Shown: piece by piece, positions 35,943 through 47,061 of the stretch
Layout of the letters: each line of letters starts with the position of its first letter
How positions within the stretch are numbered: the stretch's first letter is position 1
DNA from: Telmatospirillum sp.
Lineage (GTDB): Bacteria; Pseudomonadota; Alphaproteobacteria; Rhodospirillales; Magnetospirillaceae
Reading direction: 5' to 3'
Length of the DNA: 64,000 nucleotides
Assembly (NCBI GenBank): GCA_009712185.1
Contig: WASQ01000065.1
Coordinates: 41,235-105,234 of the forward strand
Translations under genes and position numbers: made by a program
The notes under the pieces: model-generated
Database searches by the model: none
The model's input: only the letters and a program-made list of their open reading frames with translations
What the model was told of the DNA's origin: nothing

Positions 35943-36180
35943 ATGTCGAATGAGAGATCACGCCGTCGCGGGGGAGAAACCAAAAGTTTTAAAAAATCTG
36001 GACTCCGGGCGCATGCTGCCTTGAGCCAGGCTTCTGCGAAACCTTTTGGCTTTGCTCGCCATCCGCTCGCCGGCCGGCCGCCTCCCGATCAACGCACCGC
36101 GGGGAGGGGGGGGAACCAGCGTATCTGCAGGATTCTGCGCTGGTCCTTCCGGACATCGGTTCCAGCGACTTGGCAGAACA

Positions 36181-36214
36181 AAAAGGGCCCCCCGGATTCC
36201 GGGAGGCCCTTTTT
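36181..36214. terminator. bidirectional intrinsic terminator
   Basis: Stem GGGCC-CCCGG / CCGGG-GGCCC at 36185-36209 is flanked by AAAA on the 5' side and TTTTTGTT on the 3' side. It lies directly downstream of tRNA-Leu on the minus strand. Confidence 0.7.
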
Positions 36215-36216
36215 GT

Positions 36217-36301
36217 TGGTGCGGTCGAGAAGACTCGAACTTCCACGGGTTGCCCCACAGCGACCTCAACGCTGCGCGTCTACCAGTTCCGCCACGACCG
36301 C
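36217..36301 (-). tRNA. tRNA-Leu (anticodon GAG)
   Basis: Reverse complement: GCGGTCGTGGCGGAACTGGTAGACGCGCAGCGTTGAGGTCGCTGTGGGGCAACCCGTGGAAGTTCGAGTCTTCTCGACCGCACCA. It folds as a type II cloverleaf with a 7-bp acceptor stem, anticodon loop TTGAGGT, long variable arm, T-loop TTCGAGT and an encoded CCA. Confidence 0.95.
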
Positions 36302-36377
36302 ATTCTGTGTGGCTATCCGGCGTGCTCGCCGGTAAGGTGGGCCTCAATACCAAACCCCGAGAAAAGGCGCAAGAGCT

Positions 36378-37070
36378 GTGTTCGAAAAATCCTCCGAAAA
36401 TACGGTGGAATGGCAAATCAGCGAAAAACCGGTTGATTATCCGACGGCCATCGCGACCATGGAGAGCAGAGTCCAGGCGATCCACGCGGGCCAGGCTCGG
36501 GAGCTGGTCTGGCTTCTGGAGCACCCCCCGCTCTACACCGCCGGCACGTCGGCCAGGCCCGCCGACCTTCTGACGCCGGACCGGTTCCCCGTCTACCAGA
36601 CCGGCCGCGGCGGCCAGTACACCTACCACGGCCCCGGCCAGCGCGTCGCCTACGTCATGCTCAATCTCCAGCGGCGGGGCGCCGATATCCGCCGGTACAT
36701 CTGCATGCTGGAGAAATGGCTGATCCGATCCATCGCTCATTTCGGCGTCGAGGGCGGGACCCGCGACGGCCGGGTCGGAATCTGGGTCGACCGGGGTCAC
36801 GGACGCGAAGACAAGATCGCCGCCATCGGGGTGCGCGTGCGCAGATGGGTCACATTCCACGGCGTCGCCCTCAATGTGGATCCCGACCTCACCCATTTTG
36901 ACGGCATCGTGCCCTGCGGCATCCGCGAGCACGGCGTCACCTCGCTCTGGGACCTGGGACACACCCCGACGATGGCGGAGGTGGACATGGCCCTGAAGGC
37001 GGAATTCGAAGAGGTTTTCGGGCCGACCCCGGCGATGACCGGCCGGCTCTGCGATCAGCCGGTTCGGTGA
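36378..37070 (+). CDS. lipB: lipoyl(octanoyl) transferase
   Basis: Contains [35 protein letters not shown] and KIAAIGVRV blocks. GTG start. Confidence 0.9.
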   Translation: MFEKSSENTVEWQISEKPVDYPTAIATMESRVQAIHAGQARELVWLLEHPPLYTAGTSARPADLLTPDRFPVYQTGRGGQYTYHGPGQRVAYVMLNLQRRGADIRRYICMLEKWLIRSIAHFGVEGGTRDGRVGIWVDRGHGREDKIAAIGVRVRRWVTFHGVALNVDPDLTHFDGIVPCGIREHGVTSLWDLGHTPTMAEVDMALKAEFEEVFGPTPAMTGRLCDQPVR

Positions 37071-37161
37071 ACGCGGGGTCCCCCCTTCCGCGATGGCGTC
37101 CGGCCGGTCGGAGTCACGCCGGCTGGCAGAACCGGTTGGTTCCGGATCTCCTCGCCGCCGT

Positions 37162-37760
37162 TCAGGCGGCCGGCCTTCCCGCCCCCGCGCCCCTTGTGAT
37201 GAACGCCCGTGGATAAAGGGAGGCATAGGCCCCGACGATGTCTTCGCTGGGCCGGATCAGCAGGGCTTTCGCGTCCCTGTTGCGCAGCAGCAGGACGGTC
37301 GCCGCCAGAATCAGTGCCCCGCTGAGGAACACCCCTTTCGTGGCACCGATCCGGTCGACCATAAGCCCCATCCCCTGGGCGGCGAACGGATTGAGGCTGG
37401 ACGACAGAAACGCCACGCCCGCCGCCATCCGGGACCGGAACGCCGGAGGCGTGGCGGCCGCACGCAGAGTACTGGCGTTTATGTTGAAGCGGGCCAGACC
37501 GGCCCCTCCCACCGAGAAACAGCCCGCCAACGCGACCGGCGTCGTCACGAAGGCGGCACCGATCAGACTGGCGCCAAGCAGACCGTTGCCGGTCACAAGC
37601 GTGTGAAATCTGCCGATACGGCGGATCCGGTTTCCCGCATGGCAAGCCAGGACACCCCGAACCGCAGGAAATGAACGACGGCCGCATTCAGCGTCGTGCC
37701 GATCAGAAAGCACAAAAATCGGGGGCTTCGGCCCGCGGCGAAGCGGATGGCTGGGGTCAT
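37162..37760 (-). pseudogene. MFS transporter remnant (frameshift plus internal deletion)
   Basis: The ATG at 37760 (GAGGA RBS) opens MTPAIRFAAGRSPRFLCFLIGTTLNAAVVHFLRFGVSWLAMRETGSAVS, which looks like MFS TM1-2, and stops at 37593. A second frame (37162-37713) carries only C-terminal MFS helices (...MVDRIGATKGVFLSGALILAATVLLL). Only about 200 of the expected 400 or so residues are present. Confidence 0.5.
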
Positions 37761-37886
37761 TTCATCCTCATCATCATGCTTCCGCGCGCCATGGCACGGT
37801 CATCCTTCCGGGATCATGATCCCAATCCGCGCCGATCGCCCGCAAGCCCGGGGACAGGACGGCCAGCCGGGGTTGGCCGGTTGGCA

Positions 37887-38171
37887 TCACATCGTCGGCA
37901 AGGACCGGAATCCGGGGCGATCGGGCGGCACGCCCGCTTCCTCCGTCAGGCGCGTCACGACGGCCGCCGGCGGCCCCCGCCGACAGGCGGCCACCATGGC
38001 GGCCACGGCTGCTGCCTCTCCGAGAAAGAGAGCCTCGACGGAACCGTCGGAGCGGTTGCGCACCCATCCGGCAAGCCCCAGGGCACGGGCCCGCTCCATC
38101 GTCCAGCCGCGGAACCAGACGCCCTGGACATGCCCCTCGATGACCACATGACGGCAGACGTCAGCGGCCAT
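37887..38171 (-). CDS. acyP: acylphosphatase
   Basis: 94 aa with the VIEGHVQGVWFRGW and GWVRNRSDGSVE motifs. Confidence 0.85.
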   Translation of the reverse strand: MAADVCRHVVIEGHVQGVWFRGWTMERARALGLAGWVRNRSDGSVEALFLGEAAAVAAMVAACRRGPPAAVVTRLTEEAGVPPDRPGFRSLPTM

Positions 38172-38207
38172 GGCGGACCCCGCTCCGGGGAGGACGGACT
38201 GCCGGGA

Positions 38208-40202
38208 TCAGGCGAACTCCACGATTTTCTGATCGACCGAAAGGCTTTCTCCGGGCCGGGCGTGAATGGAGGCAACCGTCCCGTCACGCTCCGCGCGAAG
38301 GATATTTTCCATTTTCATCGCCTCGACCACGGCCAGCACTTCGCCGGCCTTGATCTCCTGGCCCTCTTCGACCGCGAGCGAGACCAGAAGCCCTGGCATC
38401 GGAGACAGCAGGAACCGCGACATGTCCGGCGGCGCTTTGACCGGCATCAGGGCCGCCAGTTCGGCCGCCCGGGGTGTGAGAACGACCACATCGGCGCGGC
38501 TGCCGGCATGGAAGAGACGGTAACCGATGCCATGGCGGTCCATCTGGACCACGACCTGATGGTCGTTGTCGTCGTTGACCACGCCCCGGAAGAAGGGCTG
38601 ACCGATTTCCCAGTCCGACAGGACCGTCACCGTCGGCCCTCCCATCTCAAGGGCGTAACCGCCCTCGATATCCCGGATGGTATAGGGATAGTTCTGATCG
38701 CCGAAACGCACGACCCAGTCGCTGCCGACCTTGACCTCGTGGCCGGGCATCTGCCCCGACAATGTCGCCTCACGCTCGACGTGGCGGCGATGGATAAAGG
38801 CGGCGACCCCGACCAGCAGCCTGGGATCCTCGACCGGAAGATCCTCGGCATGGAAGCCATCGGGATATTCCTCAGCGATGAAATTGGTCGTGAGGTCGCC
38901 GCGGACAAAACGGGGATGGGCCATCAGCGCGGCGAGGAACGGGATGTTATGATTGAGACCGCGAATGAAATACTCGTCCAGGGCGCGACGCATATGACTG
39001 ATCGCCAGATCGCGCACCGGGGCGAAGGTGCAGAGCTTGGCGATCATCGGGTCGTAATACATGCTGATCTCGCCCCCCTCGTACACGCCCGTGTCCACAC
39101 GGACATTGGCGCTTTCCTCGGGCGGCAGATAGCGGGTCAGGCGGCCGATCGACGGCATGAAGTTCCGGAACGGATCCTCGGCGTAAACGCGGGCCTCCAG
39201 GGCCCAGCCGCGAATCCGGACATCCTGCTGGCGCAGGGTCAGTTGCTCGCCCGCGGCGATCCGGATCATCCATTCCACGAGATCGAGCCCGGTCACCAGT
39301 TCCGTCACCGGATGCTCCACCTGAAGACGGGTGTTCATCTCAAGGAAATAGAAGTTGCGCTCGGTATCGACGATGAACTCCACCGTGCCGGCGGACTTGT
39401 AATTCACGGCCTTGGCTAAGGCGACCGCCTGCTCGCCCATGGCGGCGCGCACGGCGGCGGTCAGGAAGGGACTGGGCGCCTCCTCGATCACTTTCTGATG
39501 CCGGCGCTGGATCGAACATTCGCGCTCGCCCAGATAGATCACGTGACCGTGGCTGTCGCCCAGCACCTGGATCTCGATATGCCGCGGATTCTCGATGTAT
39601 TTCTCGATGAAGACGCGATCGTCGGCAAAGGACGACCGCGCCTCGTTGGTCGCGGAGGCGAATCCCTCGCGGGCCTCGGTGTCGGTGCGGGCCAGCCGCA
39701 TCCCCTTGCCGCCACCACCCGCGGACGCCTTGATCATCACCGGATAACCGATCTCGCGCGCGATCGACACCGCCTCGTCGGCGTCCTTGATCACGCCCAG
39801 AAAACCGGGAACGGAACTGACACCCGCCGCCTTGGCCAGCTTCTTCGATTCGATCTTGTCGCCCATGGCGAAAATGGCGTGGGCGTCCGGACCGATAAAA
39901 GCGATCCCGGCTGCGGCGAGAGCTTCCTGAAACTCCCGCTTTTCGGACAGAAAACCGTATCCGGGATGCACCGCCTCCGCGCCCGTCCTGCGGCAGGCCT
40001 CAACGATCCGGTCGATGACCAGATAGGACTGGGCCGACGGCGCCGGGCCAATGTGAACGGCCTCGTCGGCCATCTGCACATGCAGCGCATCCTTATCGGC
40101 ATCGGAATACACGGCAACCGTGGCAATCCCCATCTTCCGAGCCGTCTTGATGACGCGGCAGGCGATTTCCCCGCGGTTCGCGATCAGTATCTTCTTGAAC
40201 AT
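38208..40202 (-). CDS. pccA: propionyl/acetyl-CoA carboxylase alpha subunit (biotin carboxylase + BCCP)
   Basis: N-terminus MFKKILIANRGEIACRVI, an ATP-grasp region and the C-terminal biotinyl motif EAMKMEN. Confidence 0.9.
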   Translation of the reverse strand: MFKKILIANRGEIACRVIKTARKMGIATVAVYSDADKDALHVQMADEAVHIGPAPSAQSYLVIDRIVEACRRTGAEAVHPGYGFLSEKREFQEALAAAGIAFIGPDAHAIFAMGDKIESKKLAKAAGVSSVPGFLGVIKDADEAVSIAREIGYPVMIKASAGGGGKGMRLARTDTEAREGFASATNEARSSFADDRVFIEKYIENPRHIEIQVLGDSHGHVIYLGERECSIQRRHQKVIEEAPSPFLTAAVRAAMGEQAVALAKAVNYKSAGTVEFIVDTERNFYFLEMNTRLQVEHPVTELVTGLDLVEWMIRIAAGEQLTLRQQDVRIRGWALEARVYAEDPFRNFMPSIGRLTRYLPPEESANVRVDTGVYEGGEISMYYDPMIAKLCTFAPVRDLAISHMRRALDEYFIRGLNHNIPFLAALMAHPRFVRGDLTTNFIAEEYPDGFHAEDLPVEDPRLLVGVAAFIHRRHVEREATLSGQMPGHEVKVGSDWVVRFGDQNYPYTIRDIEGGYALEMGGPTVTVLSDWEIGQPFFRGVVNDDNDHQVVVQMDRHGIGYRLFHAGSRADVVVLTPRAAELAALMPVKAPPDMSRFLLSPMPGLLVSLAVEEGQEIKAGEVLAVVEAMKMENILRAERDGTVASIHARPGESLSVDQKIVEFA

Positions 40203-40426
40203 TGTGACCCCGACTCCTCTTGGTCAGGACAGTCCGCCGTTTGCGGTGATCGGGAGGATGGCCGCCGGCCTCCACCTTTCCGTCCCCGCCGTCCCGCGGC
40301 GCCCCTCATGTCCCTGCTCTTCGACGACCCGTCGGCCGGCTTTGCATTCATGCAGTCCCGGTCTGTCGTCCGGAACGCCTTCGCAGGCCTGGCCGCGGGC
40401 TGTTCTTGTTCGCGTGCCCGATCCTC

Positions 40427-41959
<1,533 letters not shown>

Positions 41960-42074
41960 GAACTCCCCCGTTTCGGTTTTTTTAAAACCCTTCTAACAGG
42001 TCAGGGCACCGGAGATAACACCAAGTGCCGTGGCAATCCAGAGATTTGCAACCAAAATGACGGAAACGATTAAA

Positions 42075-42779
42075 TTAACTTTCCGATAATTCCAAAAAAG
42101 CCCCAATAGAAGTAATGTCATTATGACGAACAGTGCGTGATTTCACCGCCTCCGCGTCTTCTCCCCACAACTCATTCTGGTATGTTTCATCCAATTGTGA
42201 AGCGGCAAATGCTTCTTCGGCCGACAGACGCCGTTCGAGCAGCGCGAGCCCCAGGATCAGCGAGCCGGTCGCCGTCACCGCGACCTGAAGGGCGGCCAGA
42301 TGCCAGTCGTCAAGGCCATCGAGACGCCGGCAGAGGGCGTCCAGAGCGTCCGCCGGCTGGGGAACGGGGATAACGCCGGTCGTGACGGACATCCGGGCGC
42401 CGATCAGGGTCTCCACCCAATCGATCAATGGTTGCCAGATCTGTTCCTGCCGGCGGACGAGATCGGCCGGTCCAGACGCCCTGTAACAAAGAAGATCGGC
42501 GCCGGCATACCCCATCAGATGGTCTACGACGGCGGCACGGGCGGCCGGGAACCGGTCGAGGACCGTACTGGCTAATTGCGTCAGCGGCATAGAGGCCGGA
42601 CGCACCTCCTCGTCCTGGGAATGCCATTCGCGGGCTATCGCGCCGGCCAGGGCCCGTGACGGCAAACGAAGCGGGGCGCCCGAAGGCGTTTTCACCGATC
42701 GTCCGTCCAACTGGACTGCGAACAGTCCGTCGTCCTCCCTCACGGAAACCTCTTTATAAAAACGCCTCATCGTCGCCAT
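42075..42779 (-). CDS. ATP12 family F1-ATPase assembly chaperone
   Basis: RFYKEVSV...DGRSVKTPSGAPLRLPSRALAGAIAREW is typical of ATP12. Start taken at 42779 or 42770. Confidence 0.85.
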   Translation of the reverse strand: MATMRRFYKEVSVREDDGLFAVQLDGRSVKTPSGAPLRLPSRALAGAIAREWHSQDEEVRPASMPLTQLASTVLDRFPAARAAVVDHLMGYAGADLLCYRASGPADLVRRQEQIWQPLIDWVETLIGARMSVTTGVIPVPQPADALDALCRRLDGLDDWHLAALQVAVTATGSLILGLALLERRLSAEEAFAASQLDETYQNELWGEDAEAVKSRTVRHNDITSIGAFLELSES

Positions 42780-43058
42780 GCCGCAAGACCTCGTTTCAGT
42801 GATGATTACATGTGAACGAACAAATTCAATATGCCGAACGACCCGCATGGAACCGCCCGGTCCCGATCAGGCCAGTGCGACTGGCGGCTGGGACCGGCAC
42901 GGTTTGAGGCTGGCGCGGTTGGAGCGGGCGGCTGGGTGGCCGCCCTGCGGATCGCCATGGACGGGAGGCCCCCGCCGGTCAACCGGATCCGGGCCGGTCG
43001 ATCGCCCGGCTCATCACCAGGCGCCGACACCAACCGGCGACGGGGCGGGAAGGGATGT

Positions 43059-43095
43059 GAAAAAATCCTCAGTGGGTCCGGCGTCCCCGGACCAC
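43059..43095 (-). terminator. possible intrinsic terminator downstream of asmA
   Basis: On the minus strand, GTGGTCCGG-GGACG-CCGGACCCAC is followed by TGAGGATTTTTTC. It lies about 145 nt after the asmA stop. Confidence 0.35.
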
Positions 43096-43239
43096 AGGCG
43101 CGCAAGGCCTGGGCCACTGATTTTTCTTAAACATCGGACGCCGGCTCCGCTCCTGATTCAGGAACTGATCTGTCCGATTTCCACCCCAATTCAAATAGTT
43201 GGCGGGCCGGAGCGGCGCGGTGGCCGGGGACCCGCCGGG

Positions 43240-45462
43240 TCAGTCGCCGAGCAGGCCGCGGGCCGCCCGTCCGATATCGTTCAACACTCCCTTGCCCGCC
43301 GGCTTCTTGGTGGCGGGCGGCGCCGGCTTCTTCGCCTGGTTGATCGCAGCCAGGCAGGGGTTGGAGTCGTCGGCCCCCGCGGACATCAGCGGAAGAATGG
43401 CGCCCACCGGCCCCAGCGCCAGTCCGGCCGCGACACTGGCAACGCCCTTGACGATCGCCCCGCGATTCGGCGTGACAGTCGGATGGGTGAGCGTCCCCCC
43501 CACATCCAGCGGCAGCGCCAGACTGATCAGACTGGCGTCTTTGGGTCTGGGCGCCACCGTGAGGTCAAGAACCTCGTTGGCAAGGTTGATGCTTCCCTGA
43601 CCGGACACCGTCATCACATCGGTATCGAACAGCAACGCCTCGCTGTGGGCCATGCCGTCGGCCACCGTGAACCGGCTCACCAGACATTGCATCTCGGTGT
43701 TCTTCTGCTGTGTCCAGGGGGATAACTGACGCAGCACATCGAGGGCGATCATGTCGGCATAGGCGTTGTCCAGCGTCGCCTTGTCGGTGACGACGGTCAC
43801 GTCGCCGTTAAGGCGCGCCAGCACGGAACGGACGCTGTTGCCATTGCCCCGCACGGCCGCGTGAAGGGAGGTGCGCCCCCCCTTGACGCCTTGCGACAGG
43901 CCGAGCCCCCTCAGCAGATCGCCCGCCATCACCTTTTCGGCGTCCAGGTTCAGGGTGACATGGGCGGTCTTTCCCGTGGCATCGACCGACAGGGCGCCGC
44001 TCGCCTTGCCGCCGGCCAGGGACTGAACCTTTGGCGTGACGGTCAGTTTGCCCCCCTTGTCCGAGAGGACGAGATCGACCTGCTGGGCGGTCAATCCATC
44101 ACCCAGCAAACGGTCAATCCGCCAGGACAGATCGGCGTCGGCCAGCCCGACGAGGGTGAGAGGAAGCGGATCGTCGGGAAACAGGCGGTTCTGCTCGTTG
44201 CGGGCCTTCGCCGGTTCGGACCGGGCTCCCCCCAGTTCGCCGAGATCGATCTGCTGGGACACGAGCCGGGCCTCCATCGACGGACGCCCGGCGCGCAGCC
44301 TCAAGGAAATGTCGCCGGCGATATCGCTGCGCCCCAACACCAGCTTCAACTCGCCAAGACGCCAGCCACCCTCGATGTCGGTGAGATGCGCCGAACCCTT
44401 GACCGGTCCGATGGAAGGCAGGCCGAGATCGAGACCGCGGTTCAAGCCCGCGATATTCTCCCCCTCGGCGAACATCACAAGGTCGACGCCCTCGGCGGTC
44501 AACGGCGCCTTGACAGTGCCCTTGGCCGTCACGGCGACCAGATCGCGCCGCCCGAGAACCGCATCGATATTGACAAGCCCGGGGGCCGACAGCGGTCCGG
44601 TGACGCCCAGCGCAATCCGGGCGGCCCCCAGAGGAGGAATGGCGTAGCCGGCGAACTTCGCGGCCTCCGCCACTTCGGTGGCATCGGCTGTGACCTGCAG
44701 AGCGAGAACCGGCCCCTTTTCCCGGTCCGTGGTCACGGTTCCGTTGGCGGTCGCAACCAAACCGGGCAGGACGGCCTTCAGTTTGATCGGATAGGGTTTT
44801 CCCGGCACCCCCAGGCTTCCGATCGGACCCAGGACGCCGCTGGCCTCGACATGCTGCCCGTCCCCGCCGCCCCGCCCCGGGCGCCCGAGCGGCGCCGACA
44901 GCGTATCCGCGGCGGCGCGGAGCTGCTCGATCGTCACCGTCTCCGTCCGTCCACCCAAAGCGTCGCGATAGACGATCTGGGCATGGTCGATACTGACCTG
45001 ACCGATCTTGAAGGTGGTCGGAGTTCCCGCGCCGTCCACGGCGGCGGCGGACCGGGCGATGGAGGCGGAAGAACCGAAGGTCCAGTTGGTCTGACCGGCG
45101 CCATTGCGTTCAAGCACCACGTCGAGGCCCGACAATTGCAGCCGGTTCAGCCTCACCTCCCGCAGAAGCAGGGGAAGCAGGCCGATATCGGCCCGCAACC
45201 GTTGCAGCCGGGCCATCTCCGGACGTTCGCCCCAGGGCGCGTTGGAAAGGGTGATGTCCTCGGCGATCAGCGCCGGGGTGAGCGACAGTTTCAGCGACAA
45301 CTTGCCCCGGATCGACAGATCCCGTCCGGTTGCGGCCTTGGCCGCCTGGACCAGGACGCCGCGATAGGTGTTGACATCGATCGACTTGACCACGGCGATC
45401 AGGGCCACGATCAACGCGCAGGCGCCGACACAGGCAAGTTTCAGTACGGTTCCCAGGCGCAT
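43240..45462 (-). CDS. asmA: AsmA family outer-membrane biogenesis protein
   Basis: N-terminal anchor MRLGTVLKLACVGACALIVALIAVV, then the long repetitive beta-rich region typical of AsmA. ATG at 45462. Confidence 0.85.
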   Translation of the reverse strand: MRLGTVLKLACVGACALIVALIAVVKSIDVNTYRGVLVQAAKAATGRDLSIRGKLSLKLSLTPALIAEDITLSNAPWGERPEMARLQRLRADIGLLPLLLREVRLNRLQLSGLDVVLERNGAGQTNWTFGSSASIARSAAAVDGAGTPTTFKIGQVSIDHAQIVYRDALGGRTETVTIEQLRAAADTLSAPLGRPGRGGGDGQHVEASGVLGPIGSLGVPGKPYPIKLKAVLPGLVATANGTVTTDREKGPVLALQVTADATEVAEAAKFAGYAIPPLGAARIALGVTGPLSAPGLVNIDAVLGRRDLVAVTAKGTVKAPLTAEGVDLVMFAEGENIAGLNRGLDLGLPSIGPVKGSAHLTDIEGGWRLGELKLVLGRSDIAGDISLRLRAGRPSMEARLVSQQIDLGELGGARSEPAKARNEQNRLFPDDPLPLTLVGLADADLSWRIDRLLGDGLTAQQVDLVLSDKGGKLTVTPKVQSLAGGKASGALSVDATGKTAHVTLNLDAEKVMAGDLLRGLGLSQGVKGGRTSLHAAVRGNGNSVRSVLARLNGDVTVVTDKATLDNAYADMIALDVLRQLSPWTQQKNTEMQCLVSRFTVADGMAHSEALLFDTDVMTVSGQGSINLANEVLDLTVAPRPKDASLISLALPLDVGGTLTHPTVTPNRGAIVKGVASVAAGLALGPVGAILPLMSAGADDSNPCLAAINQAKKPAPPATKKPAGKGVLNDIGRAARGLLGD

Positions 45463-45466
45463 CGCC

Positions 45467-46138
45467 TTACTCCAGCAAAGAGGAGAGGGCGGAGGCCATG
45501 CCCCGCCATGTCTCCACCACCGTCTGGGCGCCCGCGGTCCAGAGATCGGCAGTCGAATGATATCCCCAGGCGACGCCGGCCGCACAGGCCCCGGCGGCAC
45601 GCCCCATCTGCATGTCGTAGGTGGTGTCGCCGATCATCACGGTGGCGCCCGGCTCCGCGCCGGCCTCGTCCATCGCGCGCAGCACCATCGCGGGATGTGG
45701 TTTTCCGGGATTGCCGTCCGCGGTCTGACGCGTCACGAAGCGGCCCGTCAGGCCATGACGCTCCAGCATCGCATCCAGTCCGCGCCGGGATTTTCCGGTG
45801 GCGATGCCAAGAAGCCAGCCATCGGACTCCAGGCGGTCAAGGGACGCCAGAACCCCGGGGAACAGAGGTTCGGTGTGGCCGGGACGGGACCGCAGCGCGA
45901 AAAATGCGTCCTTATATCCCTGGGTGATCGCGCCATGGCGCTCGGGCTCCAGCTCCGGCGACAGCGTGGACACCGCTTCGGGCAGGGAAAGACCGATGAT
46001 ATGGCGGATCGCGTCGGGGCCGGGAACAGGAAGACCGTTGGCCTGATAGGCCAGGGTCATGGCGGCGACGATGTTGTGCTGACTGTCGATCAGGGTACCG
46101 TCGACATCGAAGACCGCGAGACGCAACGAGGCAGTCAT
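45467..46138 (-). CDS. HAD-superfamily hydrolase (phosphoglycolate phosphatase-like)
   Basis: DVDGTL motif I, TGKS motif II region and IGDTTYDM motif IV. Confidence 0.85.
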   Translation of the reverse strand: MTASLRLAVFDVDGTLIDSQHNIVAAMTLAYQANGLPVPGPDAIRHIIGLSLPEAVSTLSPELEPERHGAITQGYKDAFFALRSRPGHTEPLFPGVLASLDRLESDGWLLGIATGKSRRGLDAMLERHGLTGRFVTRQTADGNPGKPHPAMVLRAMDEAGAEPGATVMIGDTTYDMQMGRAAGACAAGVAWGYHSTADLWTAGAQTVVETWRGMASALSSLLE

Positions 46139-46275
46139 GAAAACCTTGTCGTTTGGGAAGCGGGCAGTTTAGTCCGCTTTTCCCTCCCTGTCACCGCCCC
46201 CGGGGAAGCGGCCGCCGCCGCCGGCTCCCGCTCGCGCGGACCGGGCTCTTTTCCCACCGCCGGAGCCGGGAACCG

Positions 46276-47061
46276 TCAGCGATCCAGCGCCGCGTCCTCG
46301 TCCAGGGCCGCGAACAGCGCGCCGAAAGCCCGGGCCGGCGCGACGCCGAAGTCCCGTTCGAACGCCCTCGCCTCCCCGGCGGAGGGATCGCGCATATCGG
46401 CGAACAGGGCATTGAACATCAACAGGAACTCCTCTCTCCCGAAGGGCAGGATTTCGTCCGGCGGAGCGCCGGAAGGGCGGGGCATGAAGGAGTGCGAGCC
46501 CAGGCTCACCGCCTGGGGCCGGTTTTGCATCAGACCGATGAACCAGTCGCGCCGGATTTCGAACCGGCGGAAGCTTTCCGCGATCCGGATCAGAACGGTC
46601 CAGAGCACCTGCCTCGCGCGGGGATCCGCATAGAAGCTGTCCCATGAGAACACCAGGGGGTCGGGTGCCCGGAGATCGTCAAGAATATGGGCGCACCGGG
46701 ACGCCAGAACATCGCGGGTGTCGCCCAGCACCAGATGGAGAAAGGAAAAATAGGAGGCCAGAATGTCCCGCGACAATCGCCCCTCGCTGAACAGATCGGA
46801 CAGCGGATGGGTCAGCAGGCGATTGAAGGGATCGCGGCGTTTCTGCCGGATCAGCTCCTTCTCCGCGGCATCGAGAAGGAACCGGTGGGCCTCCGTCAGG
46901 AGGCCGTTTAACTCGGGCGAGGACAGAAAGCTCTGGCGGCTGCTGTTCAGCAGCCTGATGTCGAGCGGAGCGCTTCTGGCCTTCGTCTCCACTTCACGCA
47001 GAAAGGCGGTCAGCAGACGCTCGACCACCCGGCGCATTTCGGCACGCCCTTCGACACTCAT
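46276..47061 (-). CDS. conserved hypothetical protein
   Basis: 261 aa counted from the ATG at 47061, which overlaps the stop of the pseudouridine synthase gene (ATGA). I recognise no motif. Confidence 0.55.
   Translation of the reverse strand: MSVEGRAEMRRVVERLLTAFLREVETKARSAPLDIRLLNSSRQSFLSSPELNGLLTEAHRFLLDAAEKELIRQKRRDPFNRLLTHPLSDLFSEGRLSRDILASYFSFLHLVLGDTRDVLASRCAHILDDLRAPDPLVFSWDSFYADPRARQVLWTVLIRIAESFRRFEIRRDWFIGLMQNRPQAVSLGSHSFMPRPSGAPPDEILPFGREEFLLMFNALFADMRDPSAGEARAFERDFGVAPARAFGALFAALDEDAALDR

Noticed and set aside
35654-36301. Genomic island integrated at tRNA-Leu
   Set aside because: There is no integrase or recombinase. I could find no direct repeat of the tRNA 3' end in the window. 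The adjacent operon has native-looking GC content.
35958-37226. 422-aa minus-strand ORF
   Set aside because: It runs straight through tRNA-Leu and is antisense to lipB. It cannot be a real gene.
40203-40426. 224-bp pccB-pccA spacer with a 77-aa ORF (40224-40457)
   Set aside because: The ORF overlaps the pccB 3' end, is Arg/Gly-rich and has no RBS or motif. The region is treated as intergenic.
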